A stretch of DNA of 58,545 nt, filler included, from Asterionella formosa (lineage: Eukaryota), in the NCBI GenBank assembly GCA_002256025.1. It is 9 parts of 9 records of this genome, joined end to end, with 100 filler letters (N's around TTAATTAATTAA, not from the genome) between each part and the next. Parts side by side here need not be neighbours in the genome. Positions count along the whole stretch, not along the records: positions 45,662 to 52,056 come from NKIB01012717.1; positions 52,157 to 58,545 come from NKIB01012719.1; 7 more parts are not named here. The stretch is one strand, 5' to 3'. The notes below the pieces were generated by a model, which saw nothing but the letters and a program-made list of their open reading frames with translations, had not been told where the DNA came from and did not search any database. This document shows positions 49,581-58,545 of this stretch, piece by piece; within the stretch, counting starts at the first letter, position 1, and every line of letters starts with the position of its first letter. The translations under genes were made by a program, and so were the position numbers.

Positions 49581-50467
49581 CATCTAAGCCGCGAAATACG
49601 CCACTTTTCGAAATTTCGTCTACGTATGAGTGTTAATTATGTGGTACTTCACATGCATTAATGCCACTCTTCACGTAAAAAAGATTACTTTTAACGGTTT
49701 CATGTGAAGTTTTAACTGTTTCATGTGAAGTTTTCACAATGAATTTTGAACGCGAGACTGAATTAGTTGATGTTTTAAATAATTCATTTGTTTTTTCGAA
49801 ATTTCGTTTACGTACGAGTGTTAATTATGTGGTACTTCACATGCATTAATGCCACTCTTCACGCTATTTTGACGGCTATATGAGCAACGCTACTGATAAC
49901 TCACACTGATCTTCCTCTACATTCAATTGACATTGCAGCAAACCCTTTCAGTGCAGGAGCATTCGCATGCCGTTCCGAATGAGCAGGCTTTATTTCATTA
50001 TTGAAACTCTTTAATTTAGTTGAATTACCTGCAGAAAAATAGTTGAACAACCTTCAGAAAAATAGTGGAATGGCCTTCAGATAATTAGTTGAACAACCTT
50101 GTGATAATTAGTTGAATGAACTCCAAAAAATTACGTAAACAAATTTTACATATTAAGTGAACTTTATTCTAGAATTATGTGAACGAAATTATAAGGCAAT
50201 GTGAACTAAATTACTGAATTACGTGAAGTATTTCAAATATTTACTTGATGTATTTCAAATAATTACGTGAAGGTGATGACGTAATATAGTGATGATCAGG
50301 AATGCATGCATGATACTTTGATCAAATATTTAACGTGATGTATTCAGATAATAAATAGATATATTCAACTACGTATTTTGACGTATTCAACTAATTCATG
50401 TGATGCATTCAAAATCAACTAGGCTTATTTATGTGATGGTCACTTCACGTAATACGCGGCTTAGATG
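49581..50467 (+). mobile_element. 887-bp non-autonomous TIR DNA transposon
   Basis: TIR CATCTAAGCCGCG (13 bp perfect, 18/20 extended); AG on both flanks; no ORF. Confidence 0.9.
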
Positions 50468-50817
50468 AGAAGGAGAGGACACATCCAGTGGTTACTCTTT
50501 ATATATTCACAGTTCGAACGCCATATTCTATTGTAAAAAGGGAATATGGGAAGCAATGCTGGTAGTGCAAACCTACAGTTCCACAGTATGCACGTAGAAA
50601 TGAGAACAGTTTCTCAGTACGAACGAAATAATTCCTATTGTAACAAGAAGGGAAAGACCGAAATACTGGTAGGGCAAACCTACAGTCTCACACTTGTGAC
50701 GATGACCTGGTACCTACCAGCCATGAGTACCTGGTGGTACCATATAGTATAGCTATTTGTTAGTATGTCTGAGTGCAATGTCAAAAGACCCAAGGTACAA
50801 GGTACCAGGTAAACAGG

Positions 50818-52056
50818 TGTTAATATCTGCATATGATGCTCCATACATGCGCCGTATGAACCATACCGGCGCAGCCACCAGATTAGGTACATGCATGAGT
50901 GCTAACAACGATGTACTCGAAACAGCAATAGAATAGTCATAATATTTTAGTTCACCTTTATTCATGACAAGGTTCCCCTCAACAGAACTACAATATCTGT
51001 TCTCGCTCTCTTGTCCGCACCTGTGACGTTGCGGCTCTTGTCGACAGTGCAAACCAGCACTGGTCTCAACAATCAACCGTCCAGCACCGCTTGCCCGTTT
51101 GTTGTCCCTGTCTCTCCGGCCTTCTTCCACCATGACAACTCCAATCGTTTCCGCTGTTTTCCCATTCCCTCATCCGCTTTTGACGCCGATCGAGGGCAAA
51201 CCTACAGCCTTCACTGTAACCCGCCTTCGCAAGGAACTCTTTGCCAACGCTCGCTCTGTCCACTGTACCAGTGGTGGTGGTGCCAATGGTTTCCTTGGTA
51301 TTGCCATGGCTGATGCTCCTTATCTTTTACGTGCTGGTGAACCCTTTTTACCGCCCGAACATCCCGGCATCCAGCCGCCACACAGTGCTACTGCAACACA
51401 GTCCCAAATCACTGCTGCCAACCGTCTTTTTGACACCTCCCTTGACGCATTCCGCCGTTACTCCCAAATCCTTGAAATTCTCCGCCAACAAATTCTCACA
51501 GCCATTGACCCAACGTTCTGGAAGATGCTACATTTGGATATGCAGACATCACTATTCTGACCTTGCTTGCTCACTTAGAGTCTACATATGCAACATTGAG
51601 TGCGGATGATTTAGAACTCAATTGCATGCGCTTGGCCGATGCTTAGAACCTATTGAACATTTATGGATCCGCATCAAACATCTTCGTGCCATTGCCAATG
51701 CTGGTGGGGAACCTTTCTCTGACAGTACTGTCATGCAATTGACTCTTTCTGCTTTAGAACAGGCTAATGTATATTCTCATAGCATTTAAACTTGGCGTGA
51801 TCGCGCTGAGATGGACCTTACATGGGTTAATTTTTGCCCGCATTTCATGCATGCTGATAAGGAATGATTGCGCCTTGCCACCGCCACCACTGCCGGTTAT
51901 CATGGTGCCCATGCTGCCATTCAAACCAGTGGCCCTCCCCCATTGCCAGGTATTGCTGCAGCTGCTCGTGCTGTCCCTTCTGGATACACTTACAACAATG
52001 TCCAATTAGGCTATTGTTGGACTTATGGTCTTAACAAAAACTCTGACCATACCAGT
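50818..52056 (+). mobile_element. Diatom-type Copia 5' part: LTR about 50818-50984 and decayed gag from 51132
   Basis: TGTT...AACA-bounded segment; LTPIEGKPT...LFANARSV..GGGANGFLG and YCWTYG...HTS Gag motifs; frameshifts. Confidence 0.75.
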
Positions 52057-52156
52057 NNNNNNNNNNNNNNNNNNNNNNNNNNNNNNNNNNNNNNNNNNNN
52101 TTAATTAATTAANNNNNNNNNNNNNNNNNNNNNNNNNNNNNNNNNNNNNNNNNNNN

Positions 52157-55100
52157 GAACGTAGCCTTTCACTACAATACGTCCTTTGTATCGAATACTC
52201 TTATCCTGCTCGGATTTCTTCTTGAATACCCAGCGTGTGCCTAAGGGTTTTCTGCCCTTGAGATTGTCACGAGGAACCATTTTCCAAACATTTCGCTTGT
52301 AGAAATTGTTGATTTCATTTTTAATAGCAACGGTCCACTGCTTGCTCTCGTCTCCTTTCATAGCCTCCTTGTAATGCTTTGGCTCCCCAGGATCGGAAGC
52401 AAGCGTTGTAGAATATGCATAGAACCTCTCTACTCCTTCTTCACTTTGAAATAGTTCATCATCATCTTGATAGGCCGCTTCAGAATAATCTATTTCTTCA
52501 ATTGATCCTTTGTCCTTGTCATCTAGTTGTAAGCTGCGCCGAGCACTGCGTTTGCCAGTAACTTCTTTCCAACCATCAAGGCGTTTCAATTCTCGTTCCA
52601 ATTTTGCTTTCTTCGAAGCATCTTTGTTGATCTCATCACCTAACTTCCCCACTGCTTCGGATAGCTGAAATCTTGTTTGTTTCACAACTGGAACAGGTGT
52701 TTCCAAATCAATATCCTGCTGGATAGGTGGCACAACAGGAAGAACATCTTCGTCCTGCTTTGCATCATCAATTGGAATAACAACCACTTCTGTGTCCCCT
52801 TCCACATTGAAATCCCTCAAACCTGCGATTGGACTTGTTTGGCCATGCCAATCAGCCCAGCGAATGTTTCGACTATTTAAAATCTTTCTTGTCTGAGGGT
52901 TAAACATTCGGTAAGTGTCTCCAGCATGATCATGAGAATAACCAACCATCACACATTTAATGGCCTTTTCTTCGAGTTTATTTGTTTTCTTAGCACCAAT
53001 TTTCACCCATCCGATCCTGCCAAAATGCATTAGATGATCGTAAATCATTGGAACCTTTTTGTAAAACTTCTCATCTGCACTTTTTACATCATTAGATGTG
53101 GCCACAATGTTCGTGATTCGTGTGTTGGTGTTGATGGCCTCTGCCCAAAGTAAACCTTGAAATTCATCAATAAATTTTGCAGCAAACATTGCTGCACATG
53201 CTCGTTGACGAATGGATACAAACTTTCGCTCAACAATTCCATTCTGTTGTGGTGTGTAGGGTGCCGTAAATTCAATTTGAATATTGAAATTGTCGCATAG
53301 TTTTGTCAAACCTGAGACGTTTTCACCCGCATTGTCACAACGGAGAAACTTGGTAACATACTCAGCCGTTTTGAGTTTAGTCAACAAATCTTCAATCTTT
53401 GAAGCAAGCTGTGACTTCTTCTTAACAAAGAAACTCCAAGATTTTCCGGTGTAATCATCAACAACAAGGATCCAATAGTCATTTCCTAAAATCGACTTTT
53501 TATATGGACCGCTGATATCTGTGCACAAACGTTCGCCCGGTTGAGTAGCCTTGCTCATAGTGATTTTAGGAACACTTTTTGCTTTAGCCTTAGCTAGCGC
53601 ACATCCTTCACATGTATACATCAAACCTGTCATTTTGATACCAAGCGATTTCATAGTAGCCCGCAATGCTGCTTCCCCAATATGTCCGTATTTAGCGTGA
53701 GCTTCATTAATGTCCATACTGGTCAATTTCGTTGTGATGACCTCTGCAGATAAGATATCACTCCCACCTGGGTAAATTCCACGAGTTCCTTGGAAATAGT
53801 ACAAAACATCTGAATGATCACGTTTGAAATCTAGCGTCTCAGTTTTCCCCGCTTTTGTCAGAGTCATTTTGTTGTGCTTCATACCAAGTTCGTATTTACC
53901 ATCACGTACAAAAGTACCAATGCTGATAATATTTTTATGAAAGGTAGGTGTATAAAGGACATTCTTAAGCAAGAGTGTCTCATTGGTCACTTTGTTTCGC
54001 ACGCAGACATCTCCGCGTTCCTTGCAAATGACTTCTTTACCATCGCCTACAACAACGCGTACATTTACTGCTTTCACATTTGTCATATACTTATTGCACA
54101 TAGTAATATGACTGGTTGCGCCTGTATCAGCTAACCAACGTTCATTTTTCTCGATTGATGCGCAAATTTTACTCTCACTGTTTTTGATGCTTGCTTGGGG
54201 TGCTTGATTGATCTCTTCATCCACAATTTCAGCCGTCACTCCAATAAATGCATATTCTGTTTCTTCGCATGTAATGTAGACCATTGTGTCTTCAACATAT
54301 TCATAGTCAAAAAAGTCTTGTTGTTTGTAGTCAAGTCAATTATTTCAAAGTCATCATCTGTATCAGACTTTTCATCATGGATTTCGATCATTTCAACAAT
54401 ACCAAAAAACATTCCAGTTTCTTTCCTTTCCTTTGTTTTCTTTTCTTCAGCACAATCCTTAGCAATTTGACCTGCATACTTGTTGCAATTGAAACATTTG
54501 ACACCTTTGCCTTTCGTTTCTTTGTTTGCGCCTGCTGTATTGTTCTTGGATCGGCAGTCAGCTGCCTTGTGTCCTTGTTTTCCACAATTCTTGCAAAGTC
54601 CCTTGAATTTACCATTTGCAAACAAAGCAATCTCGTTGGTATTTAGATCCTTGAACTTCCTTTTGTAGAATGCACGAAGTTTAGATTTCAAATCTGATAA
54701 AGTAATAGTACCCATTCCTTCAATAACAGTAATGACTTCACTGTACTCTTTAGGTAACTTGTTCATCATGTGCGCAATGACTTCAACCTCTTTCTTTTCA
54801 AATGATGAATCAATTTGACGCATTCTGTTCTTGATGTTATCGAGAGCAATGAACCATTCATCTGGGTCTGCTTTAGTACTCTCCAAAGTACAATCGTTGA
54901 ATTCACCTGTTAGCTGAATCAAATCAGTAACTTGATGAGGAGCATATCGATCTTCCAAATACTGCCAGGCAAGAAAAGCATCTCCATCCATCAAATCATC
55001 TGTCTTGGCAGAATTCACAATCCCAAATGCAATCCCACTGACACTAAGAATCAATAGCTGATATGCCTTGTCATTCAACTCATACTTCTTCTCGTCATCA

Positions 55101-55742
55101 TCAGTAGACACCAAATAGGCATCATCGTCGATTGGCTTCGTGTCTTTGGCATAAACATGCCTAAAACCTTTAGATTTCGCAAGCTGAAGAGTCTTGATAC
55201 TCCACTCATGCCAAGCAGTTTCGCTTCCATCAAACTTGATCAAGCGAACAGTCTCACCTGATTTCTCATCGGCCGTAACCATGTCTCTAGACCTGTAGGT
55301 TCGTTTTAAAACGTGTTAAATTGTCTAGTTGAAATATCACAGATCTTACTTTTAAGATCTCTAAAGCTGAAAACGAATTTTCACTTTTCACTTTGTAATA
55401 TTGTGAGCTTTCTGTTAATAGTCTATCTAGGTCTTGTTCTTGCCTGATTACTCATGTAATCCCGAACAAGACTTCTCACACTTTCCTTGATCTCGTCAAA
55501 ATGATCTTGCTTACTTTGACAATAAGTAACATTTTCATTTGACAATAAGTGAGCAGCACTTATTCTTTTGAAAATAAGTGAGCATCTGATTCACTTGTCA
55601 ATAAGTAACATCTCCATTCATTTGTCAATAAGTAAACATCTCCAGTCATTTGTCAATAAATGTCGAGATGTTTCGGATCTTGGTTTCTAATCACTACTAA
55701 GAATATTGATTCTCGTTTTGTTGGATTCCACATATTTTATCA
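52157..55742 (-). mobile_element. Ty1/Copia element: 5' LTR from 55742, gag 55282-54236, pol 54284-52157 (cut in RT)
   Basis: Zinc knuckles CKNCGKQGHKAADC and CFNC; protease WLADTGA; H..YGH...CEGC, TDISGP, CDNAGE, QQNGIVER; RT start TRWVFKKK...KGRIVVKG; LTR matches 7150-7340. Confidence 0.95.
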
Positions 55743-56027
55743 TATGAATACATATTTTTCTATTGTATTGTGCAAGCTTTGAATGATATGTTCGACCTCA
55801 ATGGCCAGCAAAGACTCATTCTTCATTTTGATGGCGAAAATCGACATTATCAACTTGGTCGATGCATTGACGACAAGTTCTTAACAAGTCTACCAGTGGT
55901 TGCATGTATGCAGTCGCCACTATAGACATTTGCTATTATATTCCGGTTTGAAAATGCCATACAAGAAAGGCTACAAATATAATACTTGTTTATTTACATT
56001 GATATGTTTTGTGAAAGTATTAACTTT

Positions 56028-57102
56028 TGTATAGATCTATATCGTTAGACAAAGAAGACTATAGATAGAGACGTTCGTTTCTCTTTCCGTTTCTATATTC
56101 TTATTGTGAGTTTACTAATCTAGTTTAGGTTGTTCTGTTTGAACAAAACAAATGAACTATTCTCCAAATGCTGTTTGCATTTCTAGGAACATACAATCAT
56201 AGATAGACCCATGTCTATCTCACACTTACTGATCATAGGTATTTAACCATGATCATTCATTTCAAACTATCGGTCTTCCGAAATAGCTTATATTGTCCGG
56301 CTCATTATAGTCGGAGTAACAAGGTATAATGTGTGGTTGATGAGAGCTTGGTACATCAAAGTTGACTCATTCGAATCGGTTGACTCGTTTGACTCCGAGT
56401 CCTAACTACGTAGATGAGCTCACTTTAACACTCTCCTTGTTCGAACAATCCATCATCCCGTTTTGGATCGCGTATCCGTGCATGTTCATAATCTTGTCCG
56501 TGACATTTTTAGTTAGAACATCTGCTGGATTCTTTTCCGTATTGACGTAGTCAACCTTAATCGTTCCGTTTTCGACTTGTTCTCGTACATAGTGGTATCT
56601 TACGTCGATGTGTTTTGTACGTGCCCCGACCTGATGATTTTTCGTTAAATAAATCGCACCGGTATTATCTTCACCCATTATACTAGGCATCACGATAGTG
56701 GTTATTTCGCCCAATAGATTCGTTGCAAAGACAGTTTCCTTTGAGCCGTTACTGAGTGCGACATATTCACACTCAGTGCTTGATTGTGTTACGATATCCT
56801 GTCCTTTTGATATCCAGTGAATTAGGGCGCACCCTCCGATCTTGCCTAAAAAACTGCTGACACTCTTTCGTGTATCAGGATTAGAGGCGAAGGCGCTATC
56901 CACGACATCTTGAATACGTAGCTCGTTGGGAACACGTAGTTTCATTTCTGCATGTAATGTCCCCATGTAGACACAAATACCCGAGTAGGCGTTCCAATGC
57001 TTGCCAGTGCGTTTCGCCTGGGTTGTCGAGGTGCCGTGACAATTCACGACATGCGTTGGCGCATACTGGCGATATTTTCTTCACGAAGTAAAGTATCTTT
57101 CC
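56028..57102 (-). mobile_element. Copia RT end, RNase H and complete 3' LTR (56430-56028)
   Basis: GKILY...RELSRHL.NP...HW, DVVDSAF, STECEY, HIDVRYH, NPADVLTKN; purine tract AAGGAGAG then TGTTAAAG...TATACA; one frameshift near 56970. Confidence 0.92.
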
Positions 57103-57994
57103 TTTCTCACGCCTCTCGTCTGCAGATTCTTCTGCTATATAAATCCTGTCTATTCCTGTTTAGACATTCCTCAGACTACCTAGTCTTCGGACACCTGTCG
57201 ACATCAACAGCCTAACAGACACACTCTGACACATGTTTACATTGGGATGTCGCACACAGTCGCGCCGTAATTATAATCCACCTGAAGAAAAGCGTTAAAG
57301 GAAGCTATATTAATTTGGAGTATAAAACATTATGAAATATTGGATATGAATATAAAATGTCGGCCCAACTAAACGAGGTAATTTTTTTTTCTTCCGATGT
57401 GCCTCACTCAACATTTTCGAAGTCGTTTACCAGTATCTCACTAACTGGAACACAACATCGATCGGGCGTTAAGACATCCTATATGTAGATGCGTGAAACA
57501 AATGACTTGTTCATAGTAAATATTGTCGTATTGCTAAAATTGAAAAAGTTTGTAGTACAAAATGTAAGATTACCCCGTTATAGTGGTCTTAGCAGTTCAT
57601 AGTGGTCTTAAGCAGTTTTTGACTGGTAGTATAATGTTGCAAGCAATGACTAAAAAAAGCTCTGGCTACGACAGACGATATTATTTAGATTCACGAGCAA
57701 TTCCTGCTCCAGCTGTCGTCTTGCCATTCGGGTACTTCAAGGTAATTTTTAGGCTCTAATTAATTTCTTCTGTAATTTGGTTTTAGGGGCAATATGGGCC
57801 ACATCGAATTTTTCGGGATAAAAATTGCGGATTTTAGCAGTGACCGCCAGAACAATGGTAATTTAGTCCCGGTATATAGAAATTTTAAAACGCCCGGAAC
57901 TCCCTGTCCGTTGAAAGTAACCTTGAACGAAGAACGATTTCGAGACTTCTGCTTGGGCTGCATTTCCGGGTGCCGGTAATTGGAAGAAGCTTGC

Positions 57995-58110
57995 CGGTAC
58001 CGGAAGACAAAGTATTGTACCTTGTACCAGGTACCAGGGTGACACCAGGTACCCAGGTCCTCCTACCAGGTAAGAGCACCTTCACCAGGTACCAGGTACC
58101 AGGTACCTGG
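57995..58110. repeat. Degenerate GGTACC(A/T) heptamer cluster
   Basis: accaggtaccaggtaccaggtacctgg at 58085-58110 plus upstream variants. Confidence 0.85.
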
Positions 58111-58545
58111 TGAAGGTGCAATTTTAACAATGCATCATGTCCGGTCAACGAATATACAGTCCCTGCAGAAACAAGCCTTGAAAGAAGGATTTCAAGATTT
58201 CTGCCTCCGGGATAAAGCGAAACATAGCCTTCATTAACCCATGGTAATAACCTTACGGTAAAAAAGCTCAAACCGACAATCTTCATTTCCCGAACCTCCC
58301 TTGAGCAATATTGCTTCCGATATTTTGCTGGTTTGATTAATGCTTTATATTATATTCTTCACATAATCTTTTCTTACTGTTGTGGTTATCCTGTTCGTTA
58401 AACACAATATTCAATCAGCATTATGAACGACGATAAAAAGGATATCAAGAAAGGCAGCCAATGTGATCACGTAAGTGCAGTAAAACCTTCTCTAACTGCA
58501 AAAAAGAAGAGTATTGATGCCACCTTGCCTTTTGCTGACGAAGCA

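Noticed and set aside
6438..52156. Regularly spaced identical TTAATTAATTAA blocks as a biological repeat, and any cross-contig gene cluster
   Set aside because: They are N-padded six-frame-stop linkers between length-sorted contigs; neighbours are unrelated.
58423..58545. Possible first exon (ATG...CAC|GTAAGT) at the window end
   Set aside because: Too short and truncated to support a call.
1..58545. rRNA, tRNA, Fanzor/TnpB, Helitron Rep or viral genes
   Set aside because: No diagnostic motifs seen by eye; covariance-model and HMM scans would be needed to exclude them.

Overview
Not one continuous locus. The window is nine unrelated eukaryotic contigs of about 6.4 kb each (6437, 6430, 6428, 6427, 6422, 6409, 6408, 6395, 6389 bp, strictly decreasing). 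They are joined by eight artificial 100-bp spacers (44 N + TTAATTAATTAA + 44 N), so adjacency across spacers means nothing. The source is very probably a diatom: three genes have signal peptide + AFAP plastid presequences, there is an Lhcx antenna gene, introns are short GT-AG, and the Copia elements are of diatom type. Host genes lie in contig 5 (plastid shikimate kinase, a lipidated SVIP-like p97 adaptor, an ACBP missed by the ORF track, an FKBP-TPR-cyclophilin fusion), contig 7 (plastid cN-II-type 5'-nucleotidase, Lhcx, STK16-like kinase) and contig 8 (frameshifted Kir-like K+ channel). The rest is nested, mostly decayed transposons: several Copia families, one Gypsy family in three differently deleted copies, RNase H-bearing LINE remnants, a Tc1/mariner-like transposase pseudogene and a CATCTAAG-TIR DNA transposon. 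The best candidates for novelty are a PDZ-like domain between integrase and RT of a Copia polyprotein, and a dispersed GGTACC(A/T) heptamer repeat that directly abuts several independent LTR insertions. All calls are by eye from motifs; no database search was run.
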